A stretch of DNA of 64,000 nt from Arenicellales bacterium (GCA_965216365.1 CBDCFT010000059.1:20556-84555), one strand, 5' to 3'. Positions 35,121 to 45,014 are shown, numbered from the stretch's first letter. Numbers and translations: made by a program. Notes: generated by a model from the sequence alone, not told the origin.

Positions 35121-36608
35121 ATGACGAACAATGATATTTTGTTGATGGCGGACGTCGTGTCGCGTGAAAAAGGCCTGGAAAAGGAAATCATTTTCCAGGC
35201 TATCGAGGCTGCGCTCGCCACCGCTACGCGGAAAAAGCATGCGGAAGATATCGAGGCTAGGGTGTCCATTCATCGCGAAACCGGCGATTACGATACATTT
35301 CGTCAATGGGAAGTGATGGCTGACGAAGAGGAAATCGAGTTTCCAGAGCGTCAGATTCGTGTCAGCGAAGCCCGTGTGGACTATCCCGATATTGATGCCG
35401 GTGACATTATCGAAGAACCGTTGGAGCCGGTCGAGTTCGGACGCATTGCCGCGCAAGCTGCCAAGCAAGTCATCATGCAGAAAGTGCGCGAGGCCGAGCG
35501 CGAACAGATTGTTGAGGAGTACCAGGACAAGAAAGGCCAGATGCTGAGCGGCGTGGTGCGTCGTCTCGAACGCGGCGATGTGGTAGTCGATCTGGGCGGT
35601 GCGGAAGGTTACGTGACCAAGTCTGGTATGATTCCACGCGATAATCTGCGCCCCGGTGACCGTGTGCGCTGCGTGTTGGAAGATGTGCGGCCGGCACCGC
35701 GTGGCCCGCAGTTATTTTTGAATAGAACAGGGCCGGAATTACTGATTGCATTGTTCAATCTTGAAGTACCCGAAGCGGGCGAGGGTTTAATCGAGATTTT
35801 GTCGGCTGCACGTGATCCGGGTGCGCGCGCCAAGATTGCGGTGCGATCCAAAGACCCCAAGGTTGATCCGGTGGGCGCTTGTGTCGGTATTCGTGGTTCG
35901 CGTGTGCAAAGCGTATCCAATGAAATTGCCGGCGAACGGGTCGATATCATCAAGTGGTCGGACGATCCGGCCCAGTTTGTGATCCACGCGTTATCGCCGG
36001 CGGAAGTGGAGTCCATTATCGTGGACGAAGAGTCAAAAACCATGGACGTTGTTGTGGATGAGTCGCAACTTTCGCAGGCCATTGGCCGTGGCGGACAGAA
36101 TGTTCGATTGGCTTCCGATTTGACCGGTTGGGAGATCAATATTTTGACCGATGAAGCGGCGGCGGAAAAATCCGAACGCGAAGCCGATGAAATCCGTGCA
36201 AAGTTGATGGGGCAACTCGACGTCGATGAAGATGTAGCCAGCATCCTGGTGCAGGAAGGCTTCATGTCCATTGAAGAGGTCGCCTATGTCCCCAAACAGG
36301 AATTAATGGATGTAGAAGAGTTCGATGAAGACCTGGTTGACGAGCTGCGCAGCCGTGCGAACGACAGTTTGTTAACCCGTGCGATTGCACAGGAAGAGAT
36401 GGGCGTGCCGGAAGCCGATTTGCTGGAAATGGAAGGCATGGACGAAGAAACTGCGCACCTGTTTGCCAGTAAAGGTATTCGTGACCGTGAATCGTTAGCC
36501 GAACATGCGGTTGATGAATTGGTTGAAGAGACAGGTATCGATGAAGAGCGGGCCAGCGAACTCATCATGATAGCCCGTAAACCGTGGTTTGAAGAATCCA
36601 CGGCGTAG
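35121..36608 (+). CDS. nusA: transcription termination/antitermination factor NusA
   Basis: 495 aa with the N-terminal domain, S1 and KH domains (GACVGIRGSRVQ, AIGRGGQNVRLA) and C-terminal acidic repeats. Confidence 0.96.
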   Translation: MTNNDILLMADVVSREKGLEKEIIFQAIEAALATATRKKHAEDIEARVSIHRETGDYDTFRQWEVMADEEEIEFPERQIRVSEARVDYPDIDAGDIIEEPLEPVEFGRIAAQAAKQVIMQKVREAEREQIVEEYQDKKGQMLSGVVRRLERGDVVVDLGGAEGYVTKSGMIPRDNLRPGDRVRCVLEDVRPAPRGPQLFLNRTGPELLIALFNLEVPEAGEGLIEILSAARDPGARAKIAVRSKDPKVDPVGACVGIRGSRVQSVSNEIAGERVDIIKWSDDPAQFVIHALSPAEVESIIVDEESKTMDVVVDESQLSQAIGRGGQNVRLASDLTGWEINILTDEAAAEKSEREADEIRAKLMGQLDVDEDVASILVQEGFMSIEEVAYVPKQELMDVEEFDEDLVDELRSRANDSLLTRAIAQEEMGVPEADLLEMEGMDEETAHLFASKGIRDRESLAEHAVDELVEETGIDEERASELIMIARKPWFEESTA

Positions 36609-36627
36609 ACGATAGAGGTCTGAATAA

Positions 36628-39206
36628 ATGGCGGAAGTAAGTATCAAGAATTTTGCCGATCAAATCGGGATTACGCCCGATAAGTTATTGGCGCAACTCG
36701 TGGATGCCGGAATTGATGGCAAAGCAACAGAAGATTTTCTTTCCGACGAAGAGAAAATGGCTTTGCTCGGTCATTTACGTGGTGCGCATGACAAGTCAAA
36801 AACCAGCGATCGCAACAAGATTACGCTCAAACACAAAACCAGTAACAAGATTAAACAAACCACACGTACGGGTGGTTCACGTACGATCCATGTCGAAGTT
36901 AAAAAACGCCGTACTTTTGTAAAGCGAAGTGACCTGGAAGAGCAAGCGGTACAAGAAGCCGAAGCTGCTGCAGCAGCCGAAGCGCAACGGGTTGCGGAAG
37001 AAGAAGCGAAAGTAAAAGCCGAGAAGGAAAAGGAAGAGGAAGCCGCGCGAATCGAGGCAGAAAAGGTGAAAGAAGCCGCCGACGCGGCAAAAACCGAGCC
37101 TGTTGTTGAACCGGTAGAAGCACCCGCCGAGGAAGCTGCACCGGTTGAAGCCGAAGCGGAGCCGGCACCGGAAGAGGTTGCGGCAGAACAGATCGTGGAA
37201 GAACCAGTTGTTGCAGCACCGGAACCAGTTGCTGCTCCCGAAGAAAAACCGGAACCAGCGGCGCCACCGCCGACACCGAAAGAAGCGGACAAGCCAAGCG
37301 GCAAGCGTGCAAAAGACCGGCGCAAACGCGATGAATTGCATGTAGCGGCGGAGAAAAAGGGCCGGCCGCAAAAAGCAAATGCCACGCAAACCGCATAAAG
37401 TCACGACACAACTCGGTACACAACACGCGTTTGAAAAGCCGACCGCGCCGGTAGTACATGAGGTTGCGATTCCAGAAACGATTACCGTTGCGGAATTGGC
37501 GCAGGCTATGTCGGTGAAAGCGGCGGAGGTTATTAAAACCCTGATGCAACTGGGGAGTATGGTGACGATTAACCAGGTATTGGATCAGGACACCGCCAGT
37601 GTCGTGGTGGAAGAGATGGGTCATGTCGCCAAAGTTGTCGCGGCGGATTCACCGGAATCCATGCTGTTGGATGACACAGCACAAGCAGGTGACCAGAAAC
37701 CACGTTCGCCGGTAGTCACTGTAATGGGTCATGTCGATCACGGTAAGACTTCGTTACTGGACTATATCCGCAAAGCCAAGGTAGCCGCGGGCGAAGCCGG
37801 CGGCATTACGCAACATATCGGCGCGTATCAGGTGCAGACTGACCATGGAAAAATGACTTTTCTCGATACACCGGGTCACGAAGCGTTCTCCGCCATGCGA
37901 GCCCGTGGCGCGCAGGTTACCGATATTGTCATTCTGGTGGTCGCGGCGGATGACGGCGTAAAACCGCAAACTGTTGAAGCCATTCACCATGCGCGTGACG
38001 CCGAAGTGCCGATTGTGGTCGCCATTAACAAGATGGATAAACCCGAAGCGGACCCCGAGCGGGTAAAGCAGGAACTCACTACGCATGAAGTCATCGCCGA
38101 GGAATGGGGTGGTGACGTATTAATGGTTCCGGTGTCCGCCCATACGGGCGAAGGCGTCGACACGCTGTTGGAATCGGTGTTGTTGCAGTCTGAAGTGCTG
38201 GATTTGACGGCGGTTGACTCAGGTAACGCCTCCGGTGTCGTGGTCGAAGCACGTGTCGACAAAGGCCGTGGTGTCGTTGCCACATTACTAGTACAAAACG
38301 GCGTATTGGGCAAAGGCGATATTTTATTGGCCGGTCGAGAGAGTGGCCGGGGTGCGGGCGATGATTGATGAAGTCGGTAAACCAATTAAACAGGCCGGGC
38401 CATCCACCCCGGTCGAGATTCAGGGTCTAACCGGTGTACCGGTGGCGGGCGATGACTTCACCGTGGTCAGCGACGAACGCAAGGCGCGTGAAGTAGCCTT
38501 ATTTCGCCAGGGTAAGTTCAAAGAAGTAAAGATTGCGAAGCAACAAAAAGCCAAGCTGGAAAATGTCTTTGCCGGTATCGGTGAAGGCGAAGTCAGCACG
38601 CTGAATTTATTGGTGAAAGCGGACGTACAAGGTTCGGTGGAAGCATTGACGGACGCGCTGGAAAAATTATCCATGGACGAAGTCCATGTAAGAGTCGTGC
38701 ACGGTATGGTTGGCGGTATCAACGAATCCGATGTCAACCTGGCTATGGCCTCGGATGCCATTATCGTCGCATTTAATGTGCGTGCCGATGCGGCGGCAAG
38801 ACGTTTGATCGAAAGCGAAGGCGTCGACATTCGTTACTACAACGTGATTTACGATGTGGTGGACGAAGTGAAAGCAGCCATGACAGGCATGCTAAAACCC
38901 GAATTCAAGGAAGAACACGTCGGTCTTGTGGATGTGCGTCAGGTATTTCGCGTTCCCAAAATGGGTGCCATCGCCGGTTGTTATGTCAGCGAAGGTTTTG
39001 TGAAGCGTAACCTGCCGGTGCGGGTGTTACGCGACAACGTTGTCATATTCGATGGCAAGATCGATTCGTTGCGCCGATTCAAAGAAGACGTTAACGAGGT
39101 CAAGTCCGGTTTCGAATGCGGTATTGGCATTAAAAATTACAACGATGTGCGCGAAGGCGATCAGATTGAAGTGTACGAAACGGTTGAAATCAAACAATCT
39201 CTGTAA
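36628..39206 (+). CDS. infB: translation initiation factor IF-2 [reading frame broken twice in this sequence: about 37370-37374 and 38349-38352]
   Basis: Three consecutive ORFs (36628..37398, 37379..38368, 38343..39206) carry, in order, the IF2 N-domain with its Ala/Glu/Pro-rich linker, the G domain ([21 protein letters not shown]) and the C-terminal domains. Both junctions are +1 shifts. Confidence 0.92.
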
Positions 39207-39238
39207 TACTCGTAACCCGATTCGAGTGTAATACGAAT

Positions 39239-39605
39239 ATGCCACGCGAAGTGGATCGCACCCGGCGAGTGGGTGAAGTTATCCGACGCGAGCTGGCTGC
39301 TATTTTAGCCAGCGATGTGTCCGACCCTCGGCTTACTCTCGTGTCGATAACCGGTATCAAAATCACTAAGGATTTGAAGAATGCGACTGTTTTTGTGTCC
39401 GAACTCGAGCATGACACCGAAAAAGAATCTGTTGTGGACGTGTTAAATCGCGCTGCCGGTTTTTTGCGCCATCAACTGGGGCAGCGCGCCTGCGTTGCGT
39501 TATACCCCGGCGTTAACTTTTCGTTATGACGACACTATAGAGCAGGGCGTACACATGTCGAATCTTATCGATCAAGCGCGTTCGCGGGATGGCAACCACA
39601 CATGA
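39239..39605 (+). CDS. rbfA: ribosome-binding factor A [reading frame broken once in this sequence near 39483-39492]
   Basis: ORF 39239..39529 ends prematurely at ..GFLRHQLGQRA. The +1 frame continues as LRYTPALTFRYDDTIEQGVHMSNLIDQ.., which matches the RbfA C-terminus. The restored stop at 39603-39605 overlaps the truB ATG as ATGA. Confidence 0.85.
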
Positions 39606-40546
39606 CCCAATGCGCCAAATCGGCTGATATGTCCGAGTCACCTGTGGTGAAACCTGTAAGTAACAAGATATCCGGTTTATTGTTGTTGGATAAACCCAGT
39701 GGCATTACATCGAATGGCGCTCTGCAACAGGCGAAACGATTATTGCAGGCGAAAAAAGCGGGTCATACCGGTAGTCTGGATCCCATAGCAACAGGCTTAT
39801 TGCCCCTGTGTTTCGGTGAGACCACAAAAATTTCCAGCTTTTTCCTGGGTGCGGATAAGCGTTATGAAACCCGCTTAAAACTGGGTGAAACGACGGACAC
39901 TGGAGATTGCGAAGGTAAGGTCACAAACACCACAGAGGTTAGCGCGGAGTACAAGGACATTGCTCGTGTATTGGCTCAATTCGAAGGTGAAATCGAACAG
40001 ATTCCACCCATGTATTCGGCGTTAAAGCGCAATGGTCAGCCCTTATACAAACTTGCCCGGCAAGGTATCGAGGTTGAACGCGAACCACGCCAGGTGACGG
40101 TTTACGCGTTGCGCTGGCTTAAATATGAAGCACCTTTTCTGGATGTGGATATCCGTTGTTCCAGCGGCTTTTACGTGCGCAGCCTGGCCAACGACATAGG
40201 CGATGCATTGGGTTGTGGCGCCCATGTGGCGGCATTACGGCGTACGGAGGTCGGCAATCTGAGTGTCGAAAATGCTATTTCCCTCGCTCAATTGGAAGCG
40301 GTCGCCACGATTGAAGACCGGCGTGGGTTGCTTTTGCCGAGCGATGAAGGCTTGCATCATTTGCCCGGCGTTGAGTTATCCACCGATGCGGCCTACTACC
40401 TGTGCCGCGGTCAGGCGGTAAAGGCGGATCACTGCCAGCAAAGCGGTTGGGTGCGGCTGTATTCGTGCGGTGCAGGATTTCTGGGTCTGGGTCAGGTCAT
40501 GGATGACGGCCGTGTTACTCCTAAGCGCTTGTTTGTAAGGGTATAA
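39602..40546 (+). CDS. truB: tRNA pseudouridine(55) synthase
   Basis: 314 aa with LLLDKPSGITSN and the catalytic Asp motif GHTGSLDPIATGLLPL. An alternative start is the ATG at 39629. Confidence 0.93.
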   Translation: MTQCAKSADMSESPVVKPVSNKISGLLLLDKPSGITSNGALQQAKRLLQAKKAGHTGSLDPIATGLLPLCFGETTKISSFFLGADKRYETRLKLGETTDTGDCEGKVTNTTEVSAEYKDIARVLAQFEGEIEQIPPMYSALKRNGQPLYKLARQGIEVEREPRQVTVYALRWLKYEAPFLDVDIRCSSGFYVRSLANDIGDALGCGAHVAALRRTEVGNLSVENAISLAQLEAVATIEDRRGLLLPSDEGLHHLPGVELSTDAAYYLCRGQAVKADHCQQSGWVRLYSCGAGFLGLGQVMDDGRVTPKRLFVRV

Positions 40547-40574
40547 ATACATTGTTTTTTAAGGGAAATTGTTG

Positions 40575-40603
40575 TTGAGACGGCACGGGTGGATGGTTAG
40601 AAT
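40575..40603 (+). promoter_or_regulatory. candidate sigma70 promoter of rpsO
   Basis: TTGAGA (40575-40580), a 17-nt spacer, then TAGAAT (40598-40603). It lies about 105 nt upstream of the rpsO ATG. Confidence 0.5.
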
Positions 40604-40709
40604 ACGCACCCCTGAGACCAATGCGTCTGGGAAGCGATTGGCGAAATCGCGCCGTGTTGAAACGGCAATGCGCCAAACGTAATCGATCTACATAATCACG
40701 AGGAATCAA

Positions 40710-40979
40710 ATGGCTTTAACGGCAGAGGACAAAACGAAAATTGTCCAGGATTATCAAACTGGGAAGGGTGATACAGGATCACCCGAAGTTCAGGTCGCGT
40801 TGATGACTGCGCGTATTCAGGATTTATCCTCCCATTTTAAATCACATATTCACGATCATCATTCACGCCAAGGTTTGTTGCGCTTGGTGAATCAGCGGCG
40901 CAAGTTGCTCGACTATCTCAAAGGCCGGGACATCGAACGCTATCGAACCTTAATCAATCGACTGGGACTGCGTAAGTAA
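40710..40979 (+). CDS. rpsO: 30S ribosomal protein S15
   Basis: 89 aa with ..[19 protein letters not shown]...[20 protein letters not shown]. Confidence 0.97.
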   Translation: MALTAEDKTKIVQDYQTGKGDTGSPEVQVALMTARIQDLSSHFKSHIHDHHSRQGLLRLVNQRRKLLDYLKGRDIERYRTLINRLGLRK

Positions 40980-41015
40980 AACGCCGGCTCCACGTCCCGC
41001 ACAGGGGAATCACAA

Positions 41016-43109
41016 GTGGTTAATGTAGTAAAAAGTTTTCAGTATGGCGCACACGAGGTGCGTCTGGAGACGGGCGCGATTGCTCGTCAGGCAACGGGAG
41101 CCGTGTTGGCGAAGATGGGTGACACGACCGTGTTGGTCAGCGTCGTAGCCGGTCGCGAACCACGCGATGTGGATTTCATGCCACTGACCGTGGATTACGA
41201 AGAACGAACCTATGCCGCCGGACGAATACCAGGCGGCTTTTTTAAGCGTGAAGGACGGCCATCCGAGAAAGCGATTCTGACCTGTCGTTTGATCGATCGT
41301 CCGATTCGACCGTTGTTTCCGGATGGTTTTACCCACGAGATGCAGATCGTTGCCACCGTCATGTCCATGGATCCGGAAATTGATCCCGATATCGTTGCCA
41401 TGATCGGTACTTCAGCAGCCCTGCAGGTTTCAGGTGTTCCGTTCAATGGTCCTATCGGCGCCGCCCGCGTCGGATTTGTGGACGGGCAATATGTTCTGAA
41501 TCCAAGTTTAGAGCAAACAAACAACGAGTCTCAGCTCGATCTGGTTGTGGCCGGCACAGACAATGCAGTATTGATGGTCGAGTCAGAAGCCAAGTCGCTG
41601 ACCGAGGAGCAGATGCTAGGCGCGGTGATGTTCGGACATGAGCAAATGCAAACTGCGATTAATGCTATTCGCGAATTGGGCGCGGAAGCAGGTACCGAAG
41701 CCTGGGACTGGCAGGCGCCCGAAAAAGATACGTCGGTGCAGGTTAGCGTCGAATCCGCAGTGGGTAACACGGTGGCCGATGCCTACAGTATTCCTGAGAA
41801 GCAACAACGTCAGGACAAGATGAGCGAAATTCGCGAAAGCGCGCTGGCACAACTCACTAATGAAGAGACACCGGCTGAAGAGATCGACGCCTACAAGACA
41901 GCGATCAAGAGCATTGAAAAGAGGACTGTTCGCGAGCGCATCCTCGATGGTCAACCACGTATTGACGGTCGTGACCTGACCACCGTGCGTCCGATCAGTA
42001 TCCAAACCGGTTTGTTTCCGCGAACCCACGGTTCCGTGTGTTTTACCCGGGGTGAAACCCAGGCGATTGTTGTGACCACACTCGGTACGGAACGTGACTC
42101 GCAGATTATTGATGCGCTGGAAGGCGAGACACGGGACAAATTCTTATTGCACTATAACTTCCCACCTTATTGTGTCGGCGAAACGGGCAGGGTCGGTTCT
42201 CCAAAACGACGAGAAATTGGACACGGCAAACTTGCCAAACGTGCCGTTGCCGGCATTCTGCCGCAAGATGACGATTTCCCTTACACCATTCGTATCGTCT
42301 CCGAGATCACTGAATCCAACGGTTCCAGTTCCATGGCTACGGTTTGTGGAAGCAGTCTGTCATTGATGGACGCCGGCGTTCAGATCAAAGCCGCCGTGGC
42401 CGGTGTTGCTATGGGTTTGATCAAGGAAGGTGACCGTTATGCCGTGCTCACCGATATTCTGGGTGACGAAGATCATCTGGGTGATATGGATTTTAAAGTG
42501 GCCGGTACGGCTGATGGTGTGACTGCCCTGCAAATGGATATCAAGATCGAAGGCATTACCCGTGAGATTATGGAAAAGGCTTTGGATCAGGCGCGTGACG
42601 CCCGTCTGCATATTCTTGGCGAGATGAACAAAGCGATATCCGCGCCGCGGGACGAAATGTCGGCTTACGCACCACGCGTCATGACCATGCAAATCAGCCC
42701 GGATAAAATCCGCGACGTTATCGGTAAAGGTGGTGTGACCATTCGCGCGATCTCTGAAGGCACTGGTGCGACCATCGATATCGAAGACGACGGCACGGTC
42801 AAGATAGCTTCCATCGATCAGGCCGCTGCGGAAGAAGCCAAACACCGCATCGAGCAAATCACTGCTGATGTAGAAGTGGGTGTGGTCTACGAAGGTAAAG
42901 TGGTCAAACTCATGGACTTCGGCGCGTTCGTCAATATCCTGCCCGGTCGCGATGGCCTGGTTCACATCTCGCAAATCTCCGCTGAACGTGTGAACAATGT
43001 TAGCGATAAACTGAGCGAAGGTGACCTGGTAAAAGTCAAAGTGCTGGAAGTCGATAAACAAGGCCGTATACGATTGAGCATCAAAGCGCTCGAAGAAGAG
43101 GCGGCCTAA
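41016..43109 (+). CDS. pnp: polyribonucleotide nucleotidyltransferase (PNPase)
   Basis: 697 aa with a GTG start and AGGGGA 7-8 nt upstream. It has two RNase PH domains, [15 protein letters not shown], and KH plus S1 domains at the C-terminus. Confidence 0.96.
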   Translation: MVNVVKSFQYGAHEVRLETGAIARQATGAVLAKMGDTTVLVSVVAGREPRDVDFMPLTVDYEERTYAAGRIPGGFFKREGRPSEKAILTCRLIDRPIRPLFPDGFTHEMQIVATVMSMDPEIDPDIVAMIGTSAALQVSGVPFNGPIGAARVGFVDGQYVLNPSLEQTNNESQLDLVVAGTDNAVLMVESEAKSLTEEQMLGAVMFGHEQMQTAINAIRELGAEAGTEAWDWQAPEKDTSVQVSVESAVGNTVADAYSIPEKQQRQDKMSEIRESALAQLTNEETPAEEIDAYKTAIKSIEKRTVRERILDGQPRIDGRDLTTVRPISIQTGLFPRTHGSVCFTRGETQAIVVTTLGTERDSQIIDALEGETRDKFLLHYNFPPYCVGETGRVGSPKRREIGHGKLAKRAVAGILPQDDDFPYTIRIVSEITESNGSSSMATVCGSSLSLMDAGVQIKAAVAGVAMGLIKEGDRYAVLTDILGDEDHLGDMDFKVAGTADGVTALQMDIKIEGITREIMEKALDQARDARLHILGEMNKAISAPRDEMSAYAPRVMTMQISPDKIRDVIGKGGVTIRAISEGTGATIDIEDDGTVKIASIDQAAAEEAKHRIEQITADVEVGVVYEGKVVKLMDFGAFVNILPGRDGLVHISQISAERVNNVSDKLSEGDLVKVKVLEVDKQGRIRLSIKALEEEAA

Positions 43110-43142
43110 CACGCCAAGCGCTTGCTTGCGTTTAGTTCAAAG

Positions 43143-43170
43143 AAAGGAGGCAATAGCCTCCTTTTTATTT
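43143..43170 (+). terminator. Rho-independent terminator of pnp
   Basis: The stem AAAGGAGGC / GCCTCCTTT with loop AATA is followed by a T-rich tail (TTTATTT). Confidence 0.75.
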
Positions 43171-43192
43171 GCGTCCAATCATCATTATAGCT

Positions 43193-43258
43193 GTCGGAGC
43201 GACCTTGGTCGCGAATATCATTTTAGGCTAACTTGTTCGTGACCAAGGTCGCTCCTAC
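43193..43258. repeat. REPIN-like inverted pair of a 23-nt REP element
   Basis: GTCGGAGCGACCTTGGTCGCGAA (43193-43215, + strand) and GTAGGAGCGACCTTGGTCACGAA (the reverse complement of 43236-43258) are 21/23 identical. They face each other across a 20-nt spacer. Each carries the internal palindrome GCGACC-TT-GGTCGC. Confidence 0.7.
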
Positions 43259-43271
43259 CGGAAACGATGTC

Positions 43272-43291
43272 ATGCCTGCGAAGGCAGGCAT
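43272..43291. repeat. palindromic hairpin element ATGCCTGC-GAAG-GCAGGCAT
   Basis: It is a perfect 8-bp stem with a 4-nt loop. It is intergenic and falls inside a spurious ORF (..MPAKAGIQ..). Confidence 0.55.
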
Positions 43292-43390
43292 CCAGTTGAA
43301 TCCTTTCACGAGCGGTGTGGTTCGCGATTATAAAAATTATTGGATGTCGTTTGTTCTAAATTGTCGCGTTGCCTTGTCCCCTCACCCCAG

Positions 43391-43411
43391 CCCTCTCCCG
43401 AGGGGAGAGGG
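43391..43411. repeat. palindromic hairpin element CCCTCTCCC-GAG-GGGAGAGGG
   Basis: It is a perfect 9-bp stem with a 3-nt loop. It is intergenic and falls inside the same spurious ORF (..SPLPRGEG..). Confidence 0.55.
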
Positions 43412-43561
43412 TCAAAACATTCCTTGTCCTGGCGGGAGAAGCGACTGTCTTAAATTAGGAAGCGGCATTTGGTGTAGTTATTAACTATAGTAAAAGCAGT
43501 GTAGACATATGCGATATAAATCAGCTACTCACAAATTACTAAACAAAATGAGGATAACCTA

Positions 43562-44002
43562 CTGAAAGTATTGATACAAAGAGTTACCTCCGCCGGCGTT
43601 AAAGTAGATGGTGAAAGTATTGGCAAGGTCGATCAGGGTTTTCTGTTGCTGGTGGGTTTTGGGCGTGACGATGCAGAGGTGGATTTAGCAAGGATGGCGC
43701 AGCGAGTAATTAATCTCAGGATATTCTCCGATGTTGCAGGGCGATTCCAGTATTCGGTATTGGATATCGAAGGAGCCATTTTGGCGGTGCCTCAGTTCAC
43801 ATTGTATGGCGATGTGCGCAAGGGACGGCGGCCCGAGTTCACCCAGGCATTGGCGCCGGAACTGGCAACAAAATTATTCGATCAATTCGTTAACGAACTG
43901 CGAAATAGCGGTGTCGGCCGGGTCGAAACCGGGCGATTCGGCGCGGATATGAAGGTATCGCTGGTTAACGATGGACCGGTTACACTGATGTTGGAAAGTT
44001 AA
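43562..44002 (+). CDS. dtd: D-aminoacyl-tRNA deacylase
   Basis: ..LIQRVTSAGVKV..ILAVPQFTLYGD..KG.RP.F..A..P..A..L.....VETGRFGADMKVSLVNDGPVTL. I place the start at CTG 43562 because GAGGA lies 7 nt upstream and the N-terminal length fits homologues. The ORF-track start is TTG 43571. Confidence 0.88.
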   Translation: MKVLIQRVTSAGVKVDGESIGKVDQGFLLLVGFGRDDAEVDLARMAQRVINLRIFSDVAGRFQYSVLDIEGAILAVPQFTLYGDVRKGRRPEFTQALAPELATKLFDQFVNELRNSGVGRVETGRFGADMKVSLVNDGPVTLMLES

Positions 44003-44009
44003 TTCCAAC

Positions 44010-45014
44010 TCATCCAACCGCGAGGTTTTCCGCAAGAAAAGCCGGAATGCGCCGCTCCAGCCAGTAACGTGGTGTAAGAGGTGACGCTCCATATATAAAA
44101 CCGGCATGACCGCCGTTTTTACTCACTTCTAATGTTGTCGTGTCTGAGATTTCAGCCGGTGCCGGAACACTGTTCGGTAACATGAACGGGTCATCTTCAG
44201 CATGAATTATGAGAGCGGATTGCCGAATACCGCCGAGATATTGCAGGCAACTTGATCGAGTATAGTAATCGTCTGCGTTTTCAAAGCCGTGTACCGGGCC
44301 GGTGAATAAGTCATCAAATTCGTAAAAAGTTTTTGTCTTACTAAGCTTTAATAGATCAACCGCTCCCTCCCGACCGGCAAATTTACGCTGTACAGATGCT
44401 TTCATGCGCCGCATCAGATAATGCTGGTAAATCCTGGAAAACCCATACTCTAATTTTCGCGCCGCGATTTCCAATTCAAACGGCACCGACACTGCAACCG
44501 CTGCGTAAACCGGTTTGTGCTGATCGTTTTCCCCCAACCACTTAAGCAGGATATTACCGCCCAACGAATAACCTAAAACTGCAAGAGGAGATTCCGGGTA
44601 ATGTTGCCTGAGCAACGAAACCACATACTCAATGTCACCGGTATCGCCCGAATGATAACCACGGGTGAGGCGATTGGGTTCGCCACTGCAACCGCGATGA
44701 TGCATGACTACGACACAGTGACCGTGTTTGTTGAGTGCCTGCACGATGCCACGGACATAATGTGAGCGAGAGCAGCCCTCGAGACCGTGCAATATTAAAA
44801 CCATACTGACGGCGTTCTCGGGTGAACCACTCCAGTCGAGATCAAGAAAATCACCGTCGTCCAATTCCAGACCTTGTCGTCGATACTCAATCCGGGGCTG
44901 TCGCCTGGTCAGTACCGGCCACAGGGTTTGCACATGTGGATCGCGGCACCACCAGCTCGCGCGGAACGGTTCTGCCTCGTCACGTAGTGCCGAAATATCG
45001 ATGTTTTGATTCAT
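44010..45014 (-). CDS. alpha/beta-fold hydrolase, YheT/ABHD1-3-like
   Basis: W.RDPHVQTLWP.....P...YRR..LELDDGDF.DLDW and LILHGLEG, with the nucleophile elbow GYSLGGN. I prefer the ATG at 45014 over the longer ORF starting at 45098. Confidence 0.8.
   Translation of the reverse strand: MNQNIDISALRDEAEPFRASWWCRDPHVQTLWPVLTRRQPRIEYRRQGLELDDGDFLDLDWSGSPENAVSMVLILHGLEGCSRSHYVRGIVQALNKHGHCVVVMHHRGCSGEPNRLTRGYHSGDTGDIEYVVSLLRQHYPESPLAVLGYSLGGNILLKWLGENDQHKPVYAAVAVSVPFELEIAARKLEYGFSRIYQHYLMRRMKASVQRKFAGREGAVDLLKLSKTKTFYEFDDLFTGPVHGFENADDYYTRSSCLQYLGGIRQSALIIHAEDDPFMLPNSVPAPAEISDTTTLEVSKNGGHAGFIYGASPLTPRYWLERRIPAFLAENLAVG

Noticed and set aside
34626-35468. Long antisense or alternative-frame ORFs inside well-supported genes. 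Examples are 34626..35468(-), 35609..36271(-), 36771..37624(-), 42360..43112(-), 49781..50404(-), 21653..22276(-) and 47550..48278(+).
   Set aside because: They overlap strongly supported conserved genes on the opposite strand or in another frame. Their translations are low-complexity or Arg/Ser/His-rich. They are typical shadow ORFs of GC-rich or repetitive coding sequence, and none has a recognisable family signature.
36950-37300. A highly repetitive Ala/Glu/Pro/Lys-rich stretch that looks like a tandem repeat.
   Set aside because: It is the normal low-complexity linker of the IF-2 N-terminal region. It is in frame with infB and is not a mobile or satellite repeat.
43233-43484. An 83-aa ORF in the pnp-dtd spacer, and the similar 64-aa ORF at 60402..60596(-).
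   Set aside because: Both are read-through translations of REP and hairpin repeats, giving ..KVAPT.., ..PAKAGIQ.. and ..SPLPRGEG... They are not genes.
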